Notes: generated from the letters alone by a model not told the origin. DNA of 64,000 nt from Nitrospirales bacterium (GCA_965223295.1 CBDCWC010000003.1:512001-576000); one strand, 5' to 3'. Positions 40,879 through 50,516 are shown, numbered from the stretch's first letter. A program made the numbers and translations.

Positions 40879-42396
40879 ATGACTGAACCCGCCCTCACTG
40901 ATTCTATTGCCGATCCTTGGATTGAGATTGGCCCTCAAACCCTAGACGAGGAGTTGCTCAACCAGCGGGCCTGGCGCATGCCTGACATTGTCATTTACCA
41001 ACATGGCCCTGAAGAATGGTGGGTGGCCCCCTTGGATGAAGAATTGCCACTGGTCCGATTAAACCGTATGGGCGCCACCCTACTTGGCGCCATGGATGGA
41101 CGCCTGACCATCGGAGCCTTGCTCAATCAATATGGGAAATGGGTGTGCAGTCCTACTCAACAGAATGGGCGTTGGCATCTGGAACGGTGGGCTCAACCTC
41201 GATTCTCGCTGGCCTTCTACGGAACCGAACCGCCGAGCGGGCACAGTGCCGAAGCGAAATGGGATCTGTTACTCCAAAAAGTTCGGGAAGGCTGGCATCA
41301 AAACGTCAAAGCTGAAACAGAAGATCATCTCTCCAAATTTCATGTGCAAGGCATTCAAGGCCCGCATGGACATTTCGAAATTATCGAGACCACTGTTTCT
41401 CATCTGTTTCGCGAGCCGTGCGAAGCCATGAACGGCCTCACCTATGGACGTCTCCTAGGTAAAACGCTACGCCAGATGGGATGGCTATCCCCCAAACCCA
41501 AACAGATTGTAGAAGTAGGCGCGGGACTAGGCTATGTCTCAAAAGAACTGGCGGAGGAACTCTCGGCCGAAGAGCGAAAAGATATTAACTATACATTTCT
41601 AGATCTGACTGGTCCATTCCTCGGGTCTCAAACTTCACTGGCTCAAAAAGCTGGGTGGAGAGCCTCCGCCATTCAAGCCAATGCCGAACACATGCCTGTA
41701 GCAGACCAATCAGTTGATTTGCTCATTGACAATGAAAATCTGGCCGACATGACGCCTGTGCAATTCTCTGGCGAGGAACTCCTGATGTTTAAAGGAGACA
41801 ATCCAGAACATGAAGAAGCGTTAGACCTCATCAGGCGCATGCACCTTCCGCTCATGCCGCCCTTTCCTGATGACGTTATTTTTAATTACGGCGCTATTCA
41901 ATTTCTCCAGGAAGTTTGGCGGGTCCTTAAACCAGGTGGGCGGGCGATCTTGATTGAATTCGGCATCGAAGAGAATTGGCCTTCACCCGTTAGATTACCA
42001 GGCCATACGGAATATGAAGTACAATTCAGTCATCTACGTCATGCCGCCAAATGGCTGGGGTTTCGCGAACAGTATTGCACGTTGCCGCAATTGCTCGGTA
42101 TGAATCCTGATACCCAAGTGCTTTGCACCGGCGCGGCCTATACGCTTCGACGCATCTGCCACGAACTAGGTGAACCCTTTTCCGTTCGCGCGTATACGGA
42201 AAAGGAATTAGGCTCTGCATTAGGCGAGCTCCTTCCCAAACTCACCGGTCTTCATTACCACAATGTCCTCGACCCCGCCTGGTTCGGTCTTTGGGATTTC
42301 AAAGTCATGTTGCTCGAAAAACCCGGCAGCATGAGCATCGGCCAACAACCGGCCTTCAAAGAATCTGCCGGCTTCCGCTGGTACACCCAACAGTAG
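40879..42396 (+). CDS. Class I SAM-dependent methyltransferase with N-terminal PqqD/RRE-like domain
   Basis: LVRLNRMGATLLGAMDGRLTIGALL in the N-terminus; IVEVGAGLG, VWRVLKPGGRAILIEF. Start is either 40879 or the coupled ATG at 40642. Confidence 0.8.
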   Translation: MTEPALTDSIADPWIEIGPQTLDEELLNQRAWRMPDIVIYQHGPEEWWVAPLDEELPLVRLNRMGATLLGAMDGRLTIGALLNQYGKWVCSPTQQNGRWHLERWAQPRFSLAFYGTEPPSGHSAEAKWDLLLQKVREGWHQNVKAETEDHLSKFHVQGIQGPHGHFEIIETTVSHLFREPCEAMNGLTYGRLLGKTLRQMGWLSPKPKQIVEVGAGLGYVSKELAEELSAEERKDINYTFLDLTGPFLGSQTSLAQKAGWRASAIQANAEHMPVADQSVDLLIDNENLADMTPVQFSGEELLMFKGDNPEHEEALDLIRRMHLPLMPPFPDDVIFNYGAIQFLQEVWRVLKPGGRAILIEFGIEENWPSPVRLPGHTEYEVQFSHLRHAAKWLGFREQYCTLPQLLGMNPDTQVLCTGAAYTLRRICHELGEPFSVRAYTEKELGSALGELLPKLTGLHYHNVLDPAWFGLWDFKVMLLEKPGSMSIGQQPAFKESAGFRWYTQQ

Positions 42397-42429
42397 TTTT
42401 CTTTTCCCAAATTATTTCCTGATAGTTTT

Positions 42430-43353
42430 TTATAATTTTTGAGCCAGATCGACAAGGATCCCTTCACGGAGGCCGTAATCGCTGACGAGGCATGTGTGTT
42501 GATTGAGTGTTTCCATGATTCGGCGGAGAATGACGGTGCCCGCTATAATGACAAATTCGCGGCCTGGTTCCAGACCAGACATTTTTAGCCGTTCAGAACC
42601 TGTTTTGCTGACGAGGTTTTTCTCTAGACGAGTAATCGTCGCAAGGATGAGTTCATAGTTATGGATTCGACCACGGTCATACTCTTTGAGTTGTTGGGCC
42701 ATGGCAGCCAACGTGGTCACGGTACCTGCTGTTCCGACAAGTGGAATGTCTGGCAACGGACCAAACGTCTGCTTCATATTAGCCAATTGCTCATCTATCA
42801 CGCTTTCGGCATTGTGAAGATCTTGCCGGGTTGGCGGGTCGTGATGAAAGACCCGTTCCAACAATCGCACCACACCAAGATCTAACGAAATCATTTTTGG
42901 AGATTGTTCATTTTTCGCGAGAATACATTCTGTGCTTCCACCACCAATATCCAACCCTATAAAGCTTGAAACGTGTGTAGGCAACCCAAACCGAATACCC
43001 AGTAAAGTCCGCCGGGCTTCTTCTTCGCCCGTGAGAACGTCAACATCCCAGCCTGTTTCTCGTTTAACTCGCGTCAGGAATTCTTGACGATTTTCCGATT
43101 CGCGTACTGCACTCGTAGCCACAACCACCGTCGCATCCACAGCATATTTAGCTGTCCTTTCCCGCCATTCGGTAAGTGTGGACACTACTCGATTCATGGC
43201 GTCGTGTGCCAATCGTTTGTGTTGATCCACACCTTCGCCAAGCCGTAGGATTTTCCGACCTGCATCGATTTCTGCAAATTGGTACGGCATCTGCACATCA
43301 GCAACTAAGAGGCGACACGTTAAGGTCCCGATATCAATCCCTGCTAACCGCAT
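42430..43353 (-). CDS. ppx: Ppx/GppA family exopolyphosphatase
   Basis: IDIGT, RLGEGV, ATSAVRE, GEEEA, DIGGGSTE, GLREG. Confidence 0.93.
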   Translation of the reverse strand: MRLAGIDIGTLTCRLLVADVQMPYQFAEIDAGRKILRLGEGVDQHKRLAHDAMNRVVSTLTEWRERTAKYAVDATVVVATSAVRESENRQEFLTRVKRETGWDVDVLTGEEEARRTLLGIRFGLPTHVSSFIGLDIGGGSTECILAKNEQSPKMISLDLGVVRLLERVFHHDPPTRQDLHNAESVIDEQLANMKQTFGPLPDIPLVGTAGTVTTLAAMAQQLKEYDRGRIHNYELILATITRLEKNLVSKTGSERLKMSGLEPGREFVIIAGTVILRRIMETLNQHTCLVSDYGLREGILVDLAQKL

Positions 43354-43547
43354 AGTTTTAAGCCTCTCTATTCATCCGGCAAATACAGCCGAATGTTCAT
43401 GACCGCTAAGACTGTTGATTTTCTCAATTCCTGAAATTTTCTTGGCCTTCTTTTCCAGTTAGAACAGCCTGTGGTAGGATTTTATGCTTTTCCATAATGT
43501 GGAAGACAAACAAATTTCAGTCCCTTAACTTACAAAAGGAGCAGAGA

Positions 43548-43820
43548 ATGGCGCAAATTCATTGCCGCAAATGCGATAAAGACGGTGACCCCATCACCGA
43601 CAATTTGTTTATGGGAAAGCTTGAAGCCGAAATTAAGGAAAAAGTCTGTCAGCCCTGTTGGAATGAGTGGGCAGGCCCAGGCGGCACCAAAACCATGGTC
43701 ATTAACGAATATCAATTAAATCTTGGAGATGAAAGCGCAAGGGACACGCTGAAGAAACAAATGCGAGCCTTTTTGAAGTTAGATGAGACCGAGACAGAAT
43801 TCAAAGATTATCGGCATTAA
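43548..43820 (+). CDS. yggX: Fe(II)-trafficking / oxidative damage protection protein (YggX-like)
   Basis: VCQPCWNEW, TMVINEYQLNL, KQMRAFL; AAGGAG RBS before ATG 43548. Confidence 0.8.
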   Translation: MAQIHCRKCDKDGDPITDNLFMGKLEAEIKEKVCQPCWNEWAGPGGTKTMVINEYQLNLGDESARDTLKKQMRAFLKLDETETEFKDYRH

Positions 43821-43970
43821 GCAGGACGCGGGTACACGTTTTGTTCTTTACGAGATTCTGACGCATCAATGTGATGATATATTCTTTGCAAGTTTTTTTA
43901 TCCTTTTCCAAATTTCACTCGTATAGAGGCACCTCTTGAATGATCTAGTGATGCGCGATAGGATTATTTA

Positions 43971-44531
43971 ATGGACACCCCACTCGGCAAAGGCGTGTTC
44001 CTGATTGCCACGCCTGCACTAAAAGATCCCAATTTTCGGCAAACCGTCATTCTTCTGTGCGAACATGGCCCTGAAGGTGCCTTGGGAGTGGTCCTGAATC
44101 GGCCCACCGAGATGAATATTACGGAAGTACTGCCACACATGCCTGTTCTGGAAGGTCAGCCGCATCGAGTGTTCTCTGGAGGCCCCGTGCAAAAAGACAG
44201 TTTGCTGGTGTTATATCATCTCAACGAGGAAGTCGAAGATACGCATGCCGTCATCGATGGCGTCTATCTGGGTGGTAATACGGAAACACTCAAACGCATC
44301 CTAGAAGTTCCAGCCGAAGAAGAATCGTTTCGTGCCTTTATGGGCTATTCCGGATGGGGGCCAGGACAGTTAGAAAATGAAATGAAAAGCGGATCCTGGC
44401 TCATCATGCCGGCTAAACCCAAATTCGTCTTCGAAGACTATCCTTCGGGCCTGTGGGCAGAAGTCCTGCAAACATTTGGCGATCAATATAACATGTATGC
44501 CCACATGCCTGTTGACCCCACCCTCAACTAG
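43971..44531 (+). CDS. yqgE: YqgE/AlgH family protein
   Basis: LIATPALKDPNF, GVVLNRP, GGPV, GYSGWGPGQLENE. Confidence 0.93.
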   Translation: MDTPLGKGVFLIATPALKDPNFRQTVILLCEHGPEGALGVVLNRPTEMNITEVLPHMPVLEGQPHRVFSGGPVQKDSLLVLYHLNEEVEDTHAVIDGVYLGGNTETLKRILEVPAEEESFRAFMGYSGWGPGQLENEMKSGSWLIMPAKPKFVFEDYPSGLWAEVLQTFGDQYNMYAHMPVDPTLN

Positions 44532-44540
44532 TCTTTTTTA

Positions 44541-44945
44541 TTATCCCAGCGACCTCTTCCTGACCAAGTCTTCCGGAGACCGCTTCCAGGTTTCCGCATC
44601 TACGACTAACCATTTCTCACCAGTGTCAGGGTTCAGATCGATCGCCAAATCACAATAAGGAACAGAGAAAGGTTTTTGAATCCAACGTGGGACGATATGT
44701 TTGACACTCATATTTCCCCACAAGCGAGTCCACCAAGAAGCCCCTCCGGCATTTAAATCCAACACCACGCCTTCCTGTACGCATCTCACAACCTTCCCTA
44801 GTCCCTTCCAAATCACATGCTCTGGTCTATCGGCCACAGGCTTCTGAAGAATCATGACTTGAATCATTTTCCCTGTCATCGAAATAAGCCATGTCTTCAG
44901 ATCATTTTCTGATTCTGTTGATTCCATCACAGATAATTCTCTCAA
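44541..44945 (-). CDS. Hypothetical protein
   Basis: 134-aa ORF filling the gap between yqgE and ampG; no motif recognised. Confidence 0.6.
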   Translation of the reverse strand: MRELSVMESTESENDLKTWLISMTGKMIQVMILQKPVADRPEHVIWKGLGKVVRCVQEGVVLDLNAGGASWWTRLWGNMSVKHIVPRWIQKPFSVPYCDLAIDLNPDTGEKWLVVDAETWKRSPEDLVRKRSLG

Positions 44946-44999
44946 TCAGTTCATACGCCTGACAAGACCTAAGGATCGTTATTTGATAAGGTCATAGAG

Positions 45000-46283
45000 A
45001 TGAACACACCAAGCCAGCCATCTTCTTGGCTGCAAAATTTTTTCATTCTGCTTTTTGGCCCCAAAATGCTGGTCATGCTGTTGACCGGCTTTTCTTCTGG
45101 CCTTCCCCTTCTCCTCACTGGCTCCACCCTCAAATTTTGGATGCGGGAAGAAGGTCTCGATTTGACCAGCATCGGAGTTTTTGGACTCGTCGGACTCCCC
45201 TATACCTTAAAGTTTTTGTGGGCGCCGCTATTGGATCGAATCGTGCTGCCGTTTGGTGGCCGCCGTCGAGGTTGGATGTTCATCACCCAAGTTGCCTTAT
45301 TGATCACCCTAGCCTTCATGGCTTTTGCACAACCGGCCATCCATTTACCGGCCATTGCAGGATTATGTCTACTCATCGCATTTGCGAGTGCCAGCCAAGA
45401 CATTGTACTTGATGCATACCGCCGCGAATATTTGAAAGATGAAGAATTAGGGATTGGGTCTTCCATCTTCGTCAATGGATACCGTCTTGGATTGTTGGTC
45501 TCCGGCGCATTGGCGCTGATCTTAGCCGATTATCTGTCTTGGCCCACAGCCTATTTCATCATGGGAATGTGTATGGTCATCGGAATTGTGGCAACGGCCT
45601 ATGCACCAGAACCTATGGTGGAAACCATCCCGCCAACATCACTTCGTGAAGCCTTTGTCGGACCACTCCTCGAATTTTGTCGTCGACCAGGCTGGCTATC
45701 GATCCTCCTGTTCATTTTACTATACAAAATTGGAGACAGTATGGCCTCGGAAATGCTTTCACCTTTCTGGGTGGATTTAGACGTTTCAAAATCCACGGTG
45801 GCAGGAATTATCAAAACATTTGGATTAGCCGCAAGCATTGGCGGGGGAGTCTTAGCAGGTCTCGTCGTCTATCGATGGGGAATTATTTCTTCCCTTCTCG
45901 TTTTTGGGTTCCTGCAGATGATTTCCACAGCAGGGTTCGCACTCCTCGCAATTTTTGGCAATCATCTCTTTTTACTCACAACTGTCATTGCGTTCGAAAA
46001 TCTTACCGGAGGCATGGGAACCACAGCCTTTGTGGCCTTTATGGCCAGTCTTACTGACAAGCGGTTCACCGCCGCTCAATATGCCTTGCTCACCAGCGTT
46101 ATGGGAATTCCTCGTGTATTTGCCGGATCCACTACCGGACTACTTGCCACTTGGCTCGGATGGGAAGGGTTTTTCGTCTTTTGTACCGTATTGGCGATAC
46201 CAGGACTGTTATTGATTACGCGCCTTCGTAAACTCACAACAGGACCGAGTCCACAAGACATTGCCGTTTCCTCGAAAACCTAA
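45000..46283 (+). CDS. ampG: AmpG family muropeptide MFS transporter
   Basis: GFSSGLP, KFLWAPLLD, GRRRGW, ASQDIVLDAYR, QYALLTS. Confidence 0.95.
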   Translation: MNTPSQPSSWLQNFFILLFGPKMLVMLLTGFSSGLPLLLTGSTLKFWMREEGLDLTSIGVFGLVGLPYTLKFLWAPLLDRIVLPFGGRRRGWMFITQVALLITLAFMAFAQPAIHLPAIAGLCLLIAFASASQDIVLDAYRREYLKDEELGIGSSIFVNGYRLGLLVSGALALILADYLSWPTAYFIMGMCMVIGIVATAYAPEPMVETIPPTSLREAFVGPLLEFCRRPGWLSILLFILLYKIGDSMASEMLSPFWVDLDVSKSTVAGIIKTFGLAASIGGGVLAGLVVYRWGIISSLLVFGFLQMISTAGFALLAIFGNHLFLLTTVIAFENLTGGMGTTAFVAFMASLTDKRFTAAQYALLTSVMGIPRVFAGSTTGLLATWLGWEGFFVFCTVLAIPGLLLITRLRKLTTGPSPQDIAVSSKT

Positions 46284-46320
46284 TTTCTTATAGATCAGGA
46301 AACGAGTTACGAGCAAAAAC

Positions 46321-46358
46321 ATTGGCGGGGATCAGATAAACATCTGATCCCCGCCAAT
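46321..46358. terminator. Strong hairpin between convergent ampG and peptidase genes
   Basis: Perfect 17-bp stem attggcggggatcagat-aaac-atctgatccccgccaat. Confidence 0.8.
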
Positions 46359-46566
46359 GAGGAGATGGCCACTATGATACTGAGGGATGTCCCTCACCAA
46401 ACCTTGAATGAATCAAGGCAACTGTTATTTCTTTCTTCCTTTGCCATTATCCGATTTCGATCAATTACCACTGTGATAACTCCGAGGTCATCGAAGCCTA
46501 CTCAACGTGATCGACCATATAGGCTTGATAACGGTGAGCACTCGTGGTTGAAAAATTCGATCACGA

Positions 46567-48396
46567 TCAGTCTAGCGACGATAATGATAATCCAGTTGGA
46601 GCCGTTGGTGCTGTTGTATCAACTGTAAGAGCTACCGAAGCTTGTCCTTGATGTTTTGGATCGCTATCGGAGACCTTCACCATCATTGAATAGGTCGTAT
46701 CAGCAGTGCTCGTGAGTTGAATGTTCATTGTCGTCGTTCCAGATTCGCTTGGGGCAAGATCCAACACTGAATCTTGAAATGTTCCTTCAGCACCAGAAGG
46801 AAAGATTCCCATCACCGAAAAACTAGCATTATCACACCCTGCGCTATCCTTATTGGTGACAGTCACAGTATAGGGTTGAATCTGATTATTCACACCTACC
46901 AATTGTGAATTAGGGCTCACCGAAACTTGTGGTGTTTGTACTACGCACGATGCAAAGCTGACATCAATCTTGACATAGTTAGCGTTGTTTTCGACCTGGG
47001 ACACCGTGATGTCGTTGTTCGCATCCTGGAATTGATAGAGGTTGGGATCACTGAAATCGCTTTTCAACACTTTGATAAAGTGCGACCAATTCCCGGATTT
47101 CAACCCACGGTGAATATTGACTCCTGTTGTATAAGCAGAAGACATGGCGGAATCTTTGCCGGTTCTCTGCCGGTAAGAAAGATAATAAGGCCAACCATTC
47201 GCCGGCGTAATGCGTAAAATTTGAGGATCAGTCGAAATGGCCGGATCCGTCCCTAATGGGGCTAGCGTAAACTGTCCAGCTTCGGTGACATCCAGCACTT
47301 TATCTCGTAAATCCGCACGATCAAACCAGCCAGCTTGATCCATGTGCACACTGTTGACTGTACGTTTCGCACAGCAATATCCCATCAAATCGGAGGTATC
47401 CCCATATTCCACGTTCCTTGTGCCGTCATTATCGGGATCCGTCGCAGCATGATGCCACCCAATGTTGTGGCCTAGTTCATGCGCGAAGGCAATGGGATCG
47501 ATCCGGGTACTCCAGGATTTTCTTGTGGACGTACTGTCATAGCTCCCTATTTCCCCTATGGCCAACCAACTACAACCTGAAATCGCTTTCGGCGGGACCA
47601 CATACAGTTTGTGACGATATCCATTGACATTCACCGGAGAGACAGCATCCGCATTGTTTGCAATGGTTCGATATGCACAACTTTCAGCCGGATCATATGG
47701 AACAGATACGACAAAAACATCTGTTGAAGCACTTCCCGAAAAGGTCACTTGCCCAAATGATGCTTCTTTATAGGCGCTATTGACAGAAAACTGCGTTGAA
47801 TCATACATATATCGGCCAGCCGTCTCGGCATGGGTCGCCGTAAATGGAGAAGCGCTTTCTGCCGAATAGTCGACTCCATCCATATTGACCAGGAAGGTAA
47901 TGGTCTTCCGATCACCAACTGCAGTTGCAGATGCCGTGCTGCGATTGGCGGTACTGCTTGAACTCTCCCCATCTAACGCCGCAACCTCACTGACCAAAAT
48001 TTCTTGTTTTTGCTGACCTTCAGCTTGCCGAGCTTGCCTTCTAGCCTGGCGTTCCGCACGTCTCCCCTTGATTCTAATTTTCTTTCCTGTGCGGAGATAT
48101 TTTCGAATATGTTTGGGAGGCTGCCCATCAAATCTCATCTCAATGAAATCTGTAGACCCGCGTTGTTGCAAAAAATACGCTGTCCGTGATTGCTGAGGAT
48201 TCATTTCATCAATATGAATAACGGTGACTTCCCCTTCTACCTGTTCAACTGTGGAATTTTCACTAGCCAGGGTCAACGCCGGTTGTACGGATCCAACTAC
48301 CAAAGCAAGACCAAAGACTGTGAGATAGTTTCGAACTCTTGAAGTGGCGAGTGATGAGTTCAGACCTGTGTTTACACTTAACGCAGTCATTTCCAT
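46567..48396 (-). CDS. Exported zinc metallopeptidase (M11/gametolysin-like) with C-terminal Ig-like (NEW3-like) domain
   Basis: HELGHNIGWHHA, EYGDTSDLMG (Met-turn), signal-like segment; AGGAGG RBS before ATG 48396; ends abruptly at DTTAPTAPTGL. Confidence 0.85.
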   Translation of the reverse strand: MEMTALSVNTGLNSSLATSRVRNYLTVFGLALVVGSVQPALTLASENSTVEQVEGEVTVIHIDEMNPQQSRTAYFLQQRGSTDFIEMRFDGQPPKHIRKYLRTGKKIRIKGRRAERQARRQARQAEGQQKQEILVSEVAALDGESSSSTANRSTASATAVGDRKTITFLVNMDGVDYSAESASPFTATHAETAGRYMYDSTQFSVNSAYKEASFGQVTFSGSASTDVFVVSVPYDPAESCAYRTIANNADAVSPVNVNGYRHKLYVVPPKAISGCSWLAIGEIGSYDSTSTRKSWSTRIDPIAFAHELGHNIGWHHAATDPDNDGTRNVEYGDTSDLMGYCCAKRTVNSVHMDQAGWFDRADLRDKVLDVTEAGQFTLAPLGTDPAISTDPQILRITPANGWPYYLSYRQRTGKDSAMSSAYTTGVNIHRGLKSGNWSHFIKVLKSDFSDPNLYQFQDANNDITVSQVENNANYVKIDVSFASCVVQTPQVSVSPNSQLVGVNNQIQPYTVTVTNKDSAGCDNASFSVMGIFPSGAEGTFQDSVLDLAPSESGTTTMNIQLTSTADTTYSMMVKVSDSDPKHQGQASVALTVDTTAPTAPTGLSLSSLD

Positions 48397-48443
48397 GCTC
48401 AACCTCCTGTAGAAGGATTCTGGTCAGGCACGGGTAGCCGTTT

Positions 48444-48474
48444 AAAGAAAAGAAGCCTTTGGAAAAGCTCTTTT
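48444..48474 (-). terminator. Putative leader terminator (riboswitch expression platform)
   Basis: Minus strand aaaagagctttt-cc-aaaggcttct followed by tttcttt, just downstream of the aptamer. Confidence 0.5.
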
Positions 48475-48483
48475 GCGGCCATA

Positions 48484-48566
48484 ACCCGGCGATCCCGCTG
48501 TCTGAGACAAAGCCCTCAGACCGGTGATTTTGCGTCACCACCTCACGATGGTTATGCCCTGAAACA
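48484..48566 (-). ncRNA. c-di-GMP-I (GEMM) riboswitch
   Basis: Minus strand CAGGGCAUA-ACCAUC-GUGA-GGUGGU-GACGCAAAA-UCACCG-GUCUGAG...CUCAGAC-AGCGGGAUCGCC: P2 with GNRA loop, GACGCAAA junction and P3, in the 5' leader of the peptidase. Confidence 0.88.
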
Positions 48567-49055
48567 GATTATGGGAAATTGATGTTGTGCTCGAAGGAAG
48601 TTATCGGTACATCCCGAGAAAACTTTTGTGAAAATTCTTTTTGCATACAATGTGACAGATCATTCATGAACGCATACTTATTCAGTATGCAAAGGATGAA
48701 TGAATCCGACAGGACTGGGACTAATCAAACACGTTGCGGAAAAAATTTGTGGGCATGATGAGAAATAATTGAAGTGGGCAGCAAAATCGAAAGACCGCCT
48801 TAAAAAGACCGGAAAGTATACTGAGGAGGTTCAGAGGATTGCTGAAGGAGGTGATGCGAGAATACGCCACCCTGACTCACCAAAGATATTGAAGATGATA
48901 CCGGCAGAAAGAACTTCAAGGTTCATCAGAAATTTACTCATCTCTTATCTTAGAAATTACGATAAAGGACTAGATGTTTTTTCGACTCTAACGTTCCAGG
49001 AGGGTCGTTTTTTATTCTCATTCTCCAATTGCATCATTGGGGACGAATAAATGAT

Positions 49056-49562
49056 CCCCGCCGCAAGCGGACGGGGTATTTAGAAGAGCGTCAGTTGATG
49101 ATCTTTATGTAATTGGGTGTAGGTCTGCCCTTGCTCCTTGACATATTTAGCAATCATTTGCTCATTGCCATGTTGCCCAACCGTACTCGCATAATACCCG
49201 TCACTCCAAAACTCTCCACCCCAGAGCTGCTTCTTGACCTGAGGACAGCGTTGAAAAACTTTGCGGGCCGTCAGACTCTTTAGCATGGTGACCACCTTCG
49301 TAACGCTATAGGTCGGCACCACTTGGACGAAGAAATGAACGTGATCCTTATCCATGCCAATCTCCAAAAATTTAATCTGGTATCTCTTCTCAATCTCTAA
49401 ACACACCTCCTTCAAGGCCTGATCCCCCCGCCATCAAAAACCGCTCGCCGATACTTTGCAGGGGAAACTAGGTGATATAACAAAACCGAAACATTATGGC
49501 TCTTGTAGAGATGTTTGCTCACCCCCCATGTTACGCCGCAAGCGGCGGGGAATTCACCCTTA
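49056..49562 (-). mobile_element. IS200-type (IS200/IS605 family) element without tnpB
   Basis: Subterminal hairpins ccccgccgcaagcggacgggg (49056-49076) and cgccgcaagcggcg (49534-49547) flank tnpA. Confidence 0.88.
49080..49522 (-). pseudogene. tnpA: Y1 (HUH) transposase TnpA, frameshifted in a C6 tract
   Basis: GTG 49522 gives SKHLYKSHNVSVLLYHLVSPAKYRRAVFDG; one base is missing at 49424-49429 before DQALKEVCLEIEKRY...DKDHVH...FWSDGYY...YVKEQ. Confidence 0.85.
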
Positions 49563-49865
49563 ACTACGATTAAAACCACTCGATTTCGTCACATCTAACA
49601 ATAGACTGCGCTCCCAATATCAAAAGGGAACAAATAGGTTGGACATCTAGCTTTTGAAAATTATGCAATCGTGTTTTGTTTAAGAAATAACAACATGTTG
49701 CCGATATATTTATACTGGCTCCATACCCATAGAGAACATCGACCATATCATTCTCGAATACCATTAATTTCCTATTTTCCGAAGACAAATTCCTGTCATT
49801 AACCCACAAGCGAAAAGATCAGTGAGTGAAAGAAGATTTTCATTCCAAATAAACAGGTCCAGTCG

Positions 49866-50516
49866 GTGATTGAAAAATTCTGGGGAACGTGCATACGAAA
49901 TATTCCCTCGACCGGGAAAGTTCTTTATCTCACATTTGATGATGGTCCTCATGAATATTGTACGCCCAGAGTCCTTGACCTTCTGTTGCAATACCAAGCC
50001 AAAGCCACATTTTTTGTGGTCGCCAATGCCTTACACCATAATCTTGCTATAGGGCGCTCGATTGTGGCCCATGGTCATACCATTGGCAATCATTCTTTGG
50101 ACCACAAATATCATCATTTCTTTGGCAATACACGTTACCTTATGAATTGGATAAGCCGCGCAAGAGATAGCATAGAACAATCCCTTCAAATTCAAACCGT
50201 TGGATTTCGGTCGCCATTGGGACTTCGAACTCACCATCTGGGAACGGTATTACAAAATCTGGAATATCCCCTCATTCATTGGAATCAACGTTTTTTTGAT
50301 ACACGGTGGGGACTCCCGCGAACCATTCTTTCACGTAGGATCCCTCAGTTCCAAGCCGGCGACATCATTCTCCTGCATGACACACATCGGAAGTATCATC
50401 AGTCTTTTCTGAAAGGATTGGAGATGTTGCTCGTCAACTCACTCCACGCAGGATTTTCTTTTCAATCTATTCCATCTAATTTAGCTCCTTGCAACTTGAA
50501 GCTTCTTGCCGTTTGA
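49866..50516 (+). CDS. Polysaccharide deacetylase (NodB/CE4)
   Basis: YLTFDDGP, ATFFV, GNHSLDH, FRSPLG, IILLHD. Confidence 0.9.
   Translation: MIEKFWGTCIRNIPSTGKVLYLTFDDGPHEYCTPRVLDLLLQYQAKATFFVVANALHHNLAIGRSIVAHGHTIGNHSLDHKYHHFFGNTRYLMNWISRARDSIEQSLQIQTVGFRSPLGLRTHHLGTVLQNLEYPLIHWNQRFFDTRWGLPRTILSRRIPQFQAGDIILLHDTHRKYHQSFLKGLEMLLVNSLHAGFSFQSIPSNLAPCNLKLLAV

Noticed and set aside
48769-49050. 93-aa ORF beside the IS
   Set aside because: TTG start, no recognisable motif; cannot be supported as a gene.
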